This document shows, in pieces, positions 47,580 through 61,871 of a stretch of 64,000 nucleotides of DNA. A program made the position numbers and the translations under genes. The stretch is taken from contig NW_015168732.1 in assembly GCF_001447785.1 (NCBI RefSeq), positions 110,178 through 174,177 of the forward strand, given 5' to 3'. Under the pieces are notes generated by a model that was not told the DNA's origin, ran no database searches, and was given only the letters and a program-made list of their open reading frames with translations. Source of the stretch: Gekko japonicus. Taxonomy: Eukaryota. The first letter of the stretch is position 1; each line of letters opens with the position of its first letter.

Positions 47580-50500
47580 ATCTTTGGAGGATTTTAGACA
47601 CCGGTTAATACTACAAGAATACAATTTCCACACTGGGCATGCTGTTTGCTTGTTACAAAAAATACAGAAAGAGAGAATACATTCAGCTAAATTAGGATAA
47701 AATTATACAACTACATCATAATATTTGATCAGCTGAGGGTAAAAGTTTAAAATGGCATCAGGTACAATAAAGAAAACATCTACAGCCTCACCAAGTCAAA
47801 TTGAGGGTTTAACTCAACAAAAGGCAAACCTTCCACAACTGACAATGGCAGATTTGCAAACAATGATGCAAAACTGTCTATCCCAAGCATCACAACACAC
47901 GGCTGAGCTAATTAAAAAAGAACTGGAGCCAATGCAAAATAAAATCAATGAGATTTCAATACAATTAAAATCAGACACAGAAGAAATTAAAGCAGAAATA
48001 GCAAAAATAGCAAGAACTACCAATAATTTTTGATTTAGATCAAGAAATACAGGATGTAAAATTAAAAACAGATAAAATGGAAGAATCAATAATTATGCTG
48101 GAAATGGAGAAAGCAGGAACCATTCTTAGATTTCAAAATATAACAGAGCAGTTAGACAAAAACTTGAAAGAAGAGCTGGTACAGAATATTGTAAAGCAAT
48201 TTAATATGGGAAGTGAAAAAGAATTGTCAGAGGATATAGAAACTATCTATAGAAGAAACTCGGCTTATGCCAAAAAACACAAAACGCCAAGAGAAGTTCA
48301 TATAAAATTCTATAAGTAGACAACAAGAGATCAAATATTACATGCAGCAAACACAAATAAATTAAAAATAGCAGGAGCAGAAATTAAAATATTAAAAGAA
48401 GTACCTTGGCGCGTTAGAGAAAAATGACATAACTATGATATATTGGCCAATCTATTGAGGAAAAACATGATACAATATAGATGGTTACTCCCTTAATGAA
48501 TGCTGTTTACCTATAAGTCTAGAAGATATCAGATAGACTCTATCTTTAAATTGGAAAAATTTTTAGATAAGGAGGGCAAAGAATTAGAGTGGCAAAAAGG
48601 TACTGGAGAAGACCAAGGAGGAGAAGAAGAGGAAGGTGAAGAAGAAGATGATGAATCCCAAAAAGGTACACTACTACAAACAGATGCCAAAAGTTTATAT
48701 AAAAATGATAAAAAGGGGGGGGGGAAGCAACAATTAAGATTCAGAACTGAATCGCAAATTCAAACTAGACTACAGCTTAAAAACATAGTAACCTTAAAGA
48801 AAAACAAAAACATGACAACTAAAAAATTTAATGTACTATCAGTTAACGTCAACAGATTAAATAGCCCACAAAAAAAGAATTTTCCATCAAGCTTTAAAAA
48901 TGCACGTCAACATTACTTGTTTACAAGAAACGCATATAAAGGAGGGACATGTAAAACACTTAGAGTATAAAAAATTAGGTATTCCATTTATCTCATCGAA
49001 CACTGTAAAAAAAAGAGGGGTGGTGTAAACGAGAAACTTCACCCGGTGCTTAATTATAAATCAGCGGATGGAAGAATTGTAGCAGTGAAAATCAGAAGAA
49101 ATGGAAAAGTGACTTTGATTGTAAATCTTTATGCTCCAATCTAGAATCAAGAAAATTTCTTTAAAGAACTAAAGAGTATGTTAACTAAAGAAAATCCCAA
49201 GGAAGATAGGAAAAAAACGGAAAAAAACTTTAAAAGCAGGTACTATTTTACCTAAAAGTTTCCTAAATTTATCTGAAGAACTTAATATGATCTAGAAAAC
49301 AAGGAACCCACAAAAGAGAGACTACACATACTTCTCCCCTAGACATAAATCGTGGTCAAGGATAGACATGGCCTGGATAAACTTGGGAATGGCGAAAGAT
49401 TTATTAGAAGTAGAAATATTACCAAACACCTTTGCTGACCATAATTCTATTTGGATATCTTTACAAGAAATACATAAAAATACTAGATGGAGACTAAACA
49501 CTGGACTATTAAGAGATAGCAAATTTCTTAAAAAACTTAAATCAGAAGTGAAGGACTTTTTAAAAATAAATAGAACGGAGGACATGACATTAAATAATAT
49601 TTGGGATACACTAAAAGCATATATGAGAGGTCTATTCATCAGTCAAGATATATGAAGAAGAAAACAAAAAAGGGAGAAATTCAAAAAACTGACAGAACAA
49701 CTAAAAAAATAAGAAGCGAGCTTGAAAAATAAAGGAGATATAGAGGAGACAAGAATTAAGATAAAATTGATTCAGCATCAAGTAAATGTTACTAACACAA
49801 GAAATAGCAAACAAAATAGAATACACAAAAGCATACTATTTTGAAAATGTGAATAAACCCTCTCATTGGCTAGCCTATAAGCTTAAAAAAGAGAAAGAAA
49901 AAAGGAGGATTTCAGCACTAAAAAATGAAAACCAAGAGATAAAACATATAAACCAAGATTTAAAAGAGATTGTAGAAAACTTTTATAGACTACTTTATAA
50001 ACAAAGCCTGCAAAACCAGCAAGAACTTAAAGACTTTTTCTTGAGACAGAAATAAATTTACGGAAGATCAGAAGAGAATTTTGAATGAAACCATTACAAC
50101 TTCTGAGATTGTGGAAGCATTTAAAAAACAAAAGAAAAAGAGGTCACCAGGTCCAGATGGCATTCCAGCTGAAGTTTATCAAAAACTGGAAGACGAATTA
50201 ATACCTTTATTTAAAGACTTGACTCATAACTCTATGGCTACAGGAAAAACACCGAACTCATGGAATGAAGCATTAATAACATTAATACATAAACCTAATA
50301 CAGAAGATAATGATATCAAAAATTATAGACCTATTTCACTTCTAAACGTAGACTATAAGATATTTGCGAAAATTATATCTACTAGATTTAAGAAGGTAAT
50401 GTCTCAAGTTATACATCAAGATCAACCAGGCTTTCTCCCAAAAAGACAAATAAAGAAGAACTTAAGAACCATCGTAAATATTATAGAATATTATGAGCAG

Positions 50501-52500
50501 CATCCAGGAAACAAATTGGCTTTGGTCTTCCTTGATGCGGAAAAAGCCTTCGATAATGTTAATTGTGACTTCTTAAAACATAAACTGGAAGTATGGGAAT
50601 GTGGTGAAAACTTCATGAAGATGATAGCAGCAATATACAAAGAACAATTGGCAAAAATAGTTATTAATGGAGATCTAACACAAAACATAGCCATTGAGAA
50701 AGGAACTCGACAAGGATGTCCACTTTCACCATTACTCTTCATTTTTGGAATAAAGACTCTGAACGATCTGGTGAGGGATAATAAAGAAATTACAGGCCTT
50801 AAAATTAAAGGAGAGCAATTCAAACTTCAAGCTTTTGCTGATGACCTTGTATTTATTTTGGGGGATCCAACAACATCTATATTTCATTTATTAAATGTGA
50901 TACAAAGTTATGGAGCTATAGCAGGACTTAAAATAAATATTAAGAAAACAAAAATGTTGACAAAAACTGTACTAAAGAGGACATAACTAAAATTCAACTG
51001 ATTTCAAACATAGAGGTAGTAAAAAAAGTTAAATATCTAGGTATTAATATTTCAAATAAGAATAATAATTTATACGAAAATAATTATAAAGTGTTATTAG
51101 AAGAGATAAAAAAGATCTACTTAAATGGCATGATTTACATATATCATTTATGGGCAGAATTGCCACTATAAAAATGAATATCCTACCACGAATATTATTT
51201 TTAGCGCAATGTATACCTATATTGAAAAACAATAAATTCTTCAAAGAATTAGACCAACATGTCAGGAAATTTATATGGCAATCCAAGAGGTCTCGTGTGA
51301 AAATGAAATTACTCCGAGAGAAGAAAAACAGGGGGACTTGGACTACCAGATTGGTATCTGTACTATCAAGCAGCAGCCATGGGTTGGATTCGAGATTGGA
51401 TTCTGTTAGAAGATAAAAGGTTACTAAAACTGGAAGGACATGACCTATACATGGGCTGGCATGCCTATGTATGGTATGACAAAAATAAAACACAACAAAA
51501 TTTTCATAATCATATAATAAGGGGGATACTAATTAAGATATGGAGAAAAATTAAAGGAAGGTTTTACGCTAAAATACCAAGGTGAGTCTCCCCCCTAGAA
51601 GCTTTTATAATGCTGGCATTGTTAACGGACAATAAAAGGGTAACATATGAAGATCTATTAAATAAGAATAACGAACTGAAATCGTTTGAGATATTACAAT
51701 CAATGAATATCAATCTCACTAATTGGGAAAAATACAGCTGCAATTGAGATACGTTAAAGATAAAACAATGAACTTTGTTAAAACAAAATCAGAAATAGAT
51801 AAAATATGGCTATCATCCTCGGATAAGCTGATTCAAAAATTATATAACTTTTTATTGGAGGATGAAATGAAAGAAGAAATAATAAAACCATGCATGGTAA
51901 CGTGGATGAAAGATATGGGACATAATTTTAACAATAGATGCCTGGTCAAAAACATGGAAATCTGTTAAATTATTAAGATCTACGTCATACAAGGAAAATA
52001 TATTTAAAATGTTATACAGGTGGCACTGGACACCTGACAAACTTTCTAAGTGTTATAAAAATGTTTCTGGAAATTGTTGGAGATGTAAAAATAACATAGG
52101 AACATATTACCATATATGGTGGCGGTGCGAGAAGATTCAAAAATTTTGGGAAAGTATTAAACAATTAATAACAGAGATAACTGATATAGAATTACAGCTC
52201 ATACCAGAAATATACTTGCTTAATATAACACCAGATGGAATTAAGCGTAATGAATTATGTATTATATTATATATCCTTATGGTCGCTAGAATCCTCTTTG
52301 CAAAATGTTGGAAAACTGATAAAATACCTGGCAGAGAAGAGTAAATTATGAAAATCCTTGAAATAGCAGAAATGGATACATTAAAGATGATATTATCAGG
52401 GAAAGATGAAAATGTGTTTAAAAAAAGATGACAAAAAGTTAATAAATGGATTGGAAAAAATGTTTAATGTATACTCCACAAAGTGATTATTATGTATTAC
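47580..52500 (+). mobile_element. Near full-length decayed L1: ORF1 ~47752-48810, ORF2 ~48812-52470
   Basis: ORF1 coiled coil, LRFQNI, PREVHIKF; endonuclease SVNVN.LNS, SRIDM, ADHN; RT SPGPDG, YRPISLLNVDYKI, LDAEKAFD, GTRQGCPLSPLLF, FADD; CWRC..HIWWRC. Many stops and frameshifts. Confidence 0.95.
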
Positions 52501-53830
52501 TGTATAGAAAAATTACTTTCTGCTTTCTATATCCACATGCCTTCTCCTGTGATTACATTATGATAACATGCTGTGTCTTATTTCCTGTTGCAAGCCANNN
52601 NNNNNNNNNNNNNNNNNNNNNNNNNNNNNNNNNNNNNNNNNNNNNNNNNNNNNNNNNNNNNNNNNNNNNNNNNNNNNNNNNNNNNNNNNNNNNNNNNNNN
52701 NNNNNNNNNNNNNNNNNNNNNNNNNNNNNNNNNNNNNNNNNNNNNNNNNNNNNNNNNNNNNNNNNNNNNNNNNNNNNNNNNNNNNNNNNNNNNNNNNNNN
52801 NNNNNNNNNNNNNNNNNNNNNNNNNNNNNNNNNNNNNNNNNNNNNNNNNNNNNNNNNNNNNNNNNNNNNNNNNNNNNNNNNNNNNNNNNNNNNNNNNNNN
52901 NNNNNNNNNNNNNNNNNNNNNNNNNNNNNNNNNNNNNNNNNNNNNNNNNNNNNNNNNNNNNNNNNNNNNNNNNNNNNNNNNNNNNNNNNNNNNNNNNNNN
53001 NNNNNNNNNNNNNNNNNNNNNNNNNNNNNNNNNNNNNNNNNNNNNNNNNNNNNNNNNNNNNNNNNNNNNNNNNNNNNNNNNNNNNNNNNNNNNNNNNNNN
53101 NNNNNNNNNNNNNNNNNNNNNNNNNNNNNNNNNNNNNNNNNNNNNNNNNNNNNNNNNNNNNNNNNNNNNNNNNNNNNNNNNNNNNNNNNNNNNNNNNNNN
53201 NNNNNNNNNNNNNNNNNNNNNNNNNNNNNNNNNNNNNNNNNNNNNNNNNNNNNNNNNNNNNNNNNNNNNNNNNNNNNNNGTAAGAGTAAAAGTGTGCATC
53301 TCTGGATTGAGTTGCTAATGTGTTCTGTCCCAGATGCCAACTAAGGGTTTGGAATCTCTTCCCTTAGGAAAAGCAGGGACTAGTGAAAAGAGGTTCTGGT
53401 GGCAAATTGTCTGGAAACCAGAGAGGGTATAGACCATCTCGTGGTTTGTTGTTTAACGTACTGAAAAGTACAGGATTCCCTCTCATCCCTAGACTGGCCT
53501 GGGTGGGTTAATCCTGTACAATTACATACACTTTTTCTTTTTTGTACTAAAAACTTGATAAATAAATAATTTTAAAAAATACAACTCTTCAAAGGAGAAA
53601 ACAGGATCTGTAAATACACAGAAGGGAACATAATGAAATGTCCAATGTTTCCCACAGTAACCACCACTCTCACACAGGCATACAAAGGTCAAAGCCTCTC
53701 CATAAGAATATGGTTCAGACCATTGGTCCAGCAGCTGTGAGTTACCATGAAGGGACAGCAAAACAAGGGTGAAGAAGCCAAGGCCTTCCCTTTGTGTGCC
53801 CTTCTAGCATGTATTCAGACATTTATTGAT

Positions 53831-54592
53831 TAGGATTGCCAGGTCCGATTGTCACGCTGGCGGTGGGATGGGGGTGTTCTGGGAGTGGGTGGGTACATCA
53901 TGTGACATGTATACGTCACCTGGAAGTGATGTAGGCATGCCAGTGATGTCGGGGGCGACGCTCTGGTTTTTGGGCAAAACTCTATGCTAAAATTGCCCAG
54001 AAACCAGAGCGTCACCCCCCAACAGTCACCGGCATGCCTACATCACTTCTGAGTAATGTCAATGCATTGTGCGCAATGCTGTTTTTCTAAAAGGGTGAGG
54101 TGGCCACCTGCTGCCCGCTTGCCTCCTCTAGGAGCATCCGGAAAGGCAGGGAGCATCAGGGACCAGGAACTGCCCCGACTAAGCGGGAAAGTGACAGCTA
54201 GTCTGAGCCGGTGCAAAAAATTCTTCCGGGTGCCCTGCCGCCCAGCTGGGAAATCCCATCCTGGTCAATTTCACCCGGGCGCCAGTGACGACTCCTGCAA
54301 GGGAAAGGGGTGGCTGTACACTTTCCTTGATCTCCAAGTGGTGATTTTGCCACTTGGAGATCAGGGAAAGCCTGAAGCTGCCCCCCTCCCCCGAAAAACA
54401 GGATTTAAAGGATTCCCTTTAAATGCTGTTTTTTTAGCAGGGGCTGCCTGTGCCTGGGAATGTGTGCGCCCCCCGCCAGAAAAACAGGATTTAAAGGGTT
54501 CCCTTTAAATGCTGTTTTTCTAGCATGGTGGCTACAAGATTTAAAGGACCCTCCAGCTGGTTGGTGGCCATGTGCTTGCCGATCAGCTGGAG
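53831..54592. mobile_element. hAT-like non-autonomous element (left TIR taggattgccagg; right end in gap) with internal palindromes
   Basis: TIR-like start; repeated palindromic aaaacaggatttaaagg..cctttaaatgctgtttt units. Confidence 0.55.
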
Positions 54593-54707
54593 NNNNNNNN
54601 NNNNNNNNNNNNNNNNNNNNNNNNNNNNNNNNNNNNNNNNNNNNNNNNNNNNNNNNNNNNNNNNNNNNNNNNNNNNNNNNNNNNNNNNNNNNNNNNNNNN
54701 NNNNNNN

Positions 54708-55719
54708 TATCCTGGACTTCAGGAAAGCTGATTTCAAAAAACTCAGAGAAATATTAGGTAGGATCCCGTGGCTGGAAATGCTAAGGGGGAAATCTACACA
54801 GGAAGGATGGGTGATGCTGAAAAATGAAGTGCTTAAGGCACAATCGCAAACTGTTCCGGTAAGAAAGAAAGGTGGGAGATGGGCAATGAAGCCAAGGTGG
54901 CTGAACAAGGAACTCTCAAATAAAGCATTGCTGGTCTTCTTTATGTACAGGAAATGGAAAGAGGGTTAAATTACTGAGGGTGAGTACAAGAAGCAGGCTC
55001 GAATCTGTAGGGATAGTGTCAGAAAGGCTAAAGCGCAGATGGAGCTGAGGCTTGCAAGGGATGCTAAAAATAACAAGAAAGGTTTCTATGCCTATGTTCA
55101 GAGCAAAAAGAAGAAAAGGGATGGGGTAAGGTCATTGCTAGGGGCAGACAGTCAAGCCTTAACAAGGGATGAAGACAAAGCGGAATTACTCTCACTTTGT
55201 GTCAGTCTTTAACCGTAAGGCGAGCTATATACAAACTGAAGAATGCAAGGCATATGAAGGAAAGAGGAAGTGCCAGTCCAGAGTAAGTAAGGAGATGGTT
55301 AGAGAGCATCTAGCTGCCTTAAATACTTTCAAATCTCCAGGGCCAGATGGCTTGCATCCCAGGGTGCTAAAAGAAATTGCAGATGTTATTTCAGAGCTTC
55401 TGGCTCTAAACTTTGAGATGTCCTGGAGTACAGGTGTTGTGCCGGAAGACTGGAGAAGAGCAAATGTTCTCCCGATCTTCAAGAACGGAAAAAGACAGAC
55501 ACAGGAAATTACAGGCCTGTCAGTTTGACATCAATACCTGGGAAAGTTCTAGAGCAGATTATTAAACGCTCTGTCTGTGAGCACCTTGAACGGAATGAGT
55601 TAATTGGTAGTAGCCAGCATGGGTTTATCAAGAATAAGTCATGCCAGACCAACCTCATCTCCTTTTTTGACAGAGTTACTAAAATGATTGACTCTGGCAA
55701 TGCTGTGGATATAGTGTAT
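54708..55719 (+). mobile_element. CR1 ORF2 fragment between two gaps
   Basis: LDFRKADF..LR; KSPGPDGLHPRVLKE; YRPVSLTSIPGK; QHGF..KSCQTNL. Confidence 0.93.
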
Positions 55720-56702
55720 NNNNNNNNNNNNNNNNNNNNNNNNNNNNNNNNNNNNNNNNNNNNNNNNNNNNNNNNNNNNNNNNNNNNNNNNNNNNNNNNN
55801 NNNNNNNNNNNNNNNNNNNNNNNNNNNNNNNNNNNNNNNNNNNNNNNNNNNNNNNNNNNNNNNNNNNNNNNNNNNNNNNNNNNNNNNNNNNNNNNNNNNN
55901 NNNNNNNNNNNNNNNNNNNNNNNNNNNNNNNNNNNNNNNNNNNNNNNNNNNNNNNNNNNNNNNNNNNNNNNNNNNNNNNNNNNNNNNNNNNNNNNNNNNN
56001 NNNNNNNNNNNNNNNNNNNNNNNNNNNNNNNNNNNNNNNNNNNNNNNNNNNNNNNNNNNNNNNNNNNNNNNNNNNNNNNNNNNNNNNNNNNNNNNNNNNN
56101 NNNNNNNNNNNNNNNNNNNNNNNNNNNNNNNNNNNNNNNNNNNNNNNNNNNNNNNNNNNNNNNNNNNNNNNNNNNNNNNNNNNNNNNNNNNNNNNNNNNN
56201 NNNNNNNNNNNNNNNNNNNNNNNNNNNNNNNNNNNNNNNNNNNNNNNNNNNNNNNNNNNNNNNNNNNNNNNNNNNNNNNNNNNNNNNNNNNNNNNNNNNN
56301 NNNNNNNNNNNNNNNNNNNNNNNNNNNNNNNNNNNNNNNNNNNNNNNNNNNNNNNNNNNNNNNNNNNNNNNNNNNNNNNNNNNNNNNNNNNNNNNNNNNN
56401 NNNNNNNNNNNNNNNNNNNNNNNNNNNNNNNNNNNNNNNNNNNNNNNNNNNNNNNNNNNNNNNNNNNNNNNNNNNNNNNNNNNNNNNNNNNNNNNNNNNN
56501 NNNNNNNNNNNNNNNNNNNNNNNNNNNNNNNNNNNNNNNNNNNNNNNNNNNNNNNNNNNNNNNNNNNNNNNNNNNNNNNNNNNNNNNNNNNNNNNNNNNN
56601 NNNNNNNNNNNNNNNNNNNNNNNNNNNNNNNNNNNNNNNNNNNNNNNNNNNNNNNNNNNNNNNNNNNNNNNNNNNNNNNNNNNNNNNNNNNNNNNNNNNN
56701 NN

Positions 56703-56917
56703 CCCTCCCCCTCCCTCCCGAGAGGAGGAGCCCTCAGCCAACTGAAGGACGACTTTCTGTCTATCCTCTGAAGCAGGAAATAGGAGAGACTGGCACAAAG
56801 GAGCTGTGATGTGAAGAACAGGAAGCAGGAAGCAGCATAGAGTCAGTTGCTCTTGGGCCAGATTGGAGCCCTGCAGGGGCTGGATCCGCCCCGCAGGCTG
56901 TATGTTTGACACCCCTA
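56703..56917. mobile_element. hAT (Charlie-type) MITE end
   Basis: Ends gtttgacacccct (CAGGGGTGTCAAAC-type TIR). Confidence 0.55.
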
Positions 56918-57686
56918 TTCTAGGGTGTTCATGAATGGATCTGCTAGGCATTTTTAATTGGTAAATTGCAGTTATGGAGGAGATCCAGAATGGATTCCCT
57001 GAATATTTTTATTGGTAAAGAACAGCTGCATGAGGCCTTGGCCATACTGGGACTATGGTGTGCAAATGAGGGGGCCCCTTTTGTTCCATGTTATTTTCTC
57101 AATTACAATGGTCCCCCAAGCCTACAATTTGCCCCATTGGGGGAAACATACAAATGACAAATATGTTGCCTGTGTTTCTCCAATAAGGCAAATGGGAGGA
57201 CCTTTTGGGATCAGGAAAACGGCATGCGGATGGATAAGCCCGCACTATCCTATAAGCAAATTCTGAATCAGGCAATCTATATCAGGGCTTTCTACAGCTG
57301 CTCTTTACCAATAAAAACACTCAAGAGTCGCATTCACTGAGTTACCATTTTGTCTAGTTCATTCCTCCATCTTTCACTGACACTTTCCTCCCAATGGGGA
57401 AATTTCAGTACAAGGATTTTTTCTTTCTGCTATTTCAGATGACTGAATAATCAGCCCTGGTAATGCAGACTAAAGCCTAGGCAAGGTCCAAATCCAGAAC
57501 TACTTCTGCTTAGGATCCTGATAAATGCAGTTCTGCTTGGTGTGCCAATGTATACCCAAGCAGGGCTTGTAGTAGAATCTGAAACTTTGTTGATATGGCT
57601 AATTTTCAGGGTAGATTAATTTTTATAAAATGAGGAGGGGTTCTTCCCAATGATTATGCATCTCTTTCTGTTTTTTCTTTCTGCAG

Positions 57687-57799
57687 CTAGTATTGCCAGA
57701 ATATTCCATCCATAGCCTTTTCTGTATAATGTTTCTGTGTGCTCAAGAATGGCTGACCCTTGGCTTGAATATCCCTCTGCTTTTCTATCACTTTTGGAG
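57687..57799 (+). CDS. CNIH3: Cornichon homolog 3 internal coding exon (exon 4 equivalent): [37 protein letters not shown](R)
   Basis: Polypyrimidine tract and ctgcag acceptor at 57661-57686; ag|gtaagt donor at 57800; 113 bp. Translation matches the vertebrate CNIH3 sequence as I recall it. Not called in this frame by the ORF track. Confidence 0.97.
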
Positions 57800-58141
57800 G
57801 TAAGTCAAAATCCTACTGGGATGCTCACTGAACACCCCACCACCACATTTTCAGGCTGCCACCTCTTTTCCCCACTCCTTCCAGCATTCAGTGTCTTTAG
57901 CAGCTATAACAATCAGAAATAGAAGAGGTGAAGGTTTTCATTGCATGGAAGAGAAAGGCTGTACCTGATAAATTTGCACCTATCAATTACCTTTAAAAGG
58001 CACAAGTGCTTCCTTCCAGGAAAATGAGACAACCCTGGTCCCAGCATGTGTACTTAGGATGCTGAATACTCATTGCTGCATAACAAAACATTAGAGGGAA
58101 AGCCCATATCTAAGTTGTAGAGGACATGCTTTGCAGACAAA

Positions 58142-60430
58142 ATTTTATTTATTTATTTATTTAATTGGATTTACTAGGTCGCCCTTCCCTACTTGTAGGG
58201 CTCAGGGCAGCTTACAACAAAATAGTATACAATATCGTACAACAGCATTTGAAACTATCCAATAAATAAGACTAGATAAAAACAGTATATGTACCATATA
58301 TAAGATGGTGGAAGGATCCATACCCAGCCTCCCTCGGGGGTGGGGCCTTGCGGGGTGGGGGATTATATGAGAGTGCCAGAAGAACCAAAAGCCCGGCGGA
58401 ACATCTCTGCCTTACATGCCCTGTGGAAAGGTAACAACTCCTGCAGGGCACGGATGTCTTCCGGCAGAGTATTCCACCAGGCAGGGACCAGTGCTGAAAA
58501 TGCCCTGGCCCTGGTCGAGGACAGCTGGACTTCTCTTGGACCGGGGACCACCAGCAAATTCTTATTTCCTGAGCGTAATGCTCTTCCGGGGCATACTGGG
58601 AGAGGTGGTCCCAAAGGTATGTTGGTCCCTGACTGCTAAGGGCTTTAAAGGTCAGTACTGAAACCTTGAACTCAAATGTGAACTTGTGGATCTCCTGACA
58701 AAAATATGTAATCCTTCCTTAAAATCTGCCTCCATTCCTGAGGACTGGAAGGTAGCAAATGTCACTCCCATCTTTAAAAAGGGTTCCAGAGGAGATCCGG
58801 GAAATTACAGGCCAGTCAGTCTGACGTCGATACCGGGTAAATTGGTGGAAACCATTATTAAGGAAAGAATTAGTAGGCACATAGATGAACAAAACCTATT
58901 GAGGCAGACTCAACATGGGTTCTGTAAGGGAAGATCTTGTCTCACTAACCTGTTAATGTTCTTTGAGGGGGTGAACAAACATGTGGACAAGGGGGATCCA
59001 ATAGATATTGTTTACCTTGACTTCCAGAAAGCTTTTGATAAAGTTCCTCATCAAAGGCTCATAAGTAAGCTCAAAAATCATGGGATAAAAGGACAAGTCC
59101 TTTTATGGATCAAAAACTGGCTAATTAATAGAAAACAGAGAGTGAGTATAAATGGGCAGTTCTCCCAGTGGAGGGGGGTAAGCAGTGGGGTACCACAGGG
59201 ATCAGTACTTGGTCCACTGCTTTTTAACTTGTTCATTAATGATTTGGAGTTGGGAGTAAGCAGTGAAGTGGCTAAATTTGCGGATGATACAAAGTTGTTC
59301 AGGGTGGTGAAAACCAGTGAGGATTGTGAGGCACTCCAAAGGGATCTGTCAAAGATGGGCAAGTGGGCGTCAACATGGCAAATGGGGTTCAATGTGGCCA
59401 AGTGCAAGGTGATGCACATTGGAGCCAAAAATCCTAAATATAAATACACATTGATGGGGTCTGAACTGGCAGAGACTGAGCAAGAGAGAGATCTTGGAGT
59501 TGTAGTGGATAACTCACTGAAAATGTCGAGACAGTGTGTGACTGCAATAAAGAAGGCCAATGCTATGCTGGGGATTATTAGGAAGGGTATTGAAAACAGA
59601 TCAGCCAATATAATAATGCCCCTATATAAATCAATGGTGAGACCTCATTTGGAATACTGTGTGCAGTTCTGGGCACCACACCTTAAAAAGGATATTATAG
59701 CTTTGGAAAAAGTGCAGAAAAGGGCAACTCGAATGATAAAAGGGTTGGAACACTTTCCCTATGAGGAAAGGTTAAAGCGCTTAGGGCTCTTTAGCTTGGA
59801 GAAAAGACGACTGAGGGGTGACATGATCGAGGTTTATAAGATTATGCATGGGAAAGAGCAGGTAGAGAAAGAGGTACTTTTCTCCCTTTCTCACAATACA
59901 AGAACCCGTGGGCACTCCATGAAATTGCTGAGCGGTCGGGTTAGAACGGATAAAAGGAAGTACTTCTTCACCCAAAGAGTGATTAACACATGGAATTCAC
60001 TGCCACAGGAAGTGGTGGGTGCTACAAGCATGGACGGCTTCAAAAGGGAATTAGATAAGCATATGGAGCAGAGGTCCATCAGTGGCTATTAGCCACAAGG
60101 TATAGCTAGGGGCTCTGGGGCAAGTGATGCTCTGTCTTCTTGGTGCTTGGGGGGGGGGTCAACAGTGGGAGGGCTTCTAATGTCCTGGCCCCACTGCTGG
60201 ACCTCCTGATGGCACTGGTATTTCTGGCCACTGTGTGACACAGAGTGTTGGACTGGATGGGCCTTTGGCCTCATCCAACATTGGCGTCTCTTATGTTCTT
60301 AACCTGTTCCAGTGCTCCACTGGGAGCCAGTGCAGCTCGCGCAGCACTGGTTGGATGTGTGCTATACGAGGGGTCCCTGTAAGGACCCGCATGGCTGCAT
60401 TTTGGACCAGTTGAAGCTTCTGGGTCAGGC
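58142..60430 (-). mobile_element. L2 3' fragment split by CR1, itself inside a decayed Squam2-like SINE (58093-58141, 60430-60580)
   Basis: RARAFSALVPAWWNTLP; L2 resumes at 60301 (LHWLP region); SINE head and tail flank it. Confidence 0.8.
58668..60300 (+). mobile_element. Young 5'-truncated CR1 with an uninterrupted 468-aa RT/C-terminal ORF2 portion (58686-60092)
   Basis: YRPVSLTS; YLDFQKAFDKV; GVPQGSVLGP; FADDTK; RPHLEYC; WNSLP; (ttcttatg) tail; no stops. Confidence 0.97.
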
Positions 60431-60962
60431 AGAATGTTCCAGGTTAATTCTCAGTATCCCTAGACAGGAGGAATTTGGGTTGCAAGTCTGAGAAAGACCC
60501 CCCTGGAAAACTTCCTTTTGGAAACAGTAGACAATACTGGGTTAGATGGACCTGTGGGGTCTGATTCAAATGGGCTTTGTACAAGGTAAGAAGATTAAGG
60601 TTTACACTCCATATATTTCCCCTATGTGGGGAAGGGCAACAGGTGGGGTGGATTTTGAGCAGAAAAATGGCCAGAAAGAAGGTTACACACTTTCTACCTT
60701 CTCTCTTTTACTCTTGATTGAAGAAGTGGTTTCTTAAAAAAAAAATTATTTGCATTTATTAGAGTACTGTCTAGTCTATTCTCCTTATTCTTTTGTCCCT
60801 CATAATTTTTCATGCCTTCTCCTTTGCATTTCACTAGATTTAATGTGTCCTGTTCATCTCTGGGACATGTTCTGCAGTGCTCAAACGCCCACTTGTTACT
60901 CTGTCTATTGCTGATCTGAATTAAAGCTATTAAAGTGGGGAATTTGCAAGGACTAGTTGTGG

Positions 60963-61165
60963 GGAACCTGGATTGCCCAGGTTAGCCCTGTCTTATCAGA
61001 TTTTGGAAGCTAAGAAGAGTCAGTGCTGGTTAGTACTTAAATGGGAAGACCAGGGTTGCTGTGCAGAGGCAGGCAATGCCAAACCACCTCAGTTCATTTC
61101 GTGTCTTGAAAATCCTACAGGGTTGCCATAAATTGGTTATGACTTGATGGCATTTTCCAACACCT
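60963..61165 (+). mobile_element. Older 5S-derived SINE copy
   Basis: Homologous to 10790-10990. Confidence 0.75.
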
Positions 61166-61871
61166 CTAGCTGAGGTAAATCTTGTTTTCCCCGTTCCTTT
61201 CCCCCCTCTTGCTTTTCCTGTTTGCTTCCTGGCAGTGCCTGCAGCTTCTCCCCTTTATTTCCCCCTTCTAATCTACTTACCTACCTACCTACCCACTCAC
61301 CCACTCTTTTCTGTTTCCCTCTTACATCTTCAGCTTCCCTTTTTAATTTTTTTCCTTCTTCAGCTTTACCTTCTGAACCTCCTATCTTTTTAGTCTATCC
61401 CCATACACAATGATATGACTGAGACTTGGAATTGTTGGCAGGGTTGTTTGCTGGTTGCCAAAATGGCTACCAACATCTCACAATGTAGACTTGTGAGATC
61501 TCAGTGATACTTTTTCTTAAAGAAACAGACACAACTTCTATGATTTTGGAGTTTGTCTATCCCCCAGTGTATATATTTTTTACATTTCATATTTGTCTCC
61601 AAAGCTGCGGCTTCTCCCAGGACTGTAGACCCCTACCCCATCTGGCTCTGGCCCTATTGTGGATTTTTTGATTCACACTCTATGGCCCAGTTCAGAATAT
61701 CCTAACATATGAAGAAAAAGTAGGACCATCTTCAACTAAAAGGAGTGCAGAAAAAGCATGCAGTGGAAAAAATGAAGCTATTGTAATAAATGGCTCCATT
61801 AACTGATAGTAAACCAAGCTCAATGTCAGTAATTTCAAAGGGTTTAGGTTTATACTTACATAAAGAACATC

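Noticed and set aside
52446-56951. Long ORFs of 236-480 aa in the track (also near 13814 and 21168)
   Set aside because: They run through N gaps and are not real coding sequence.
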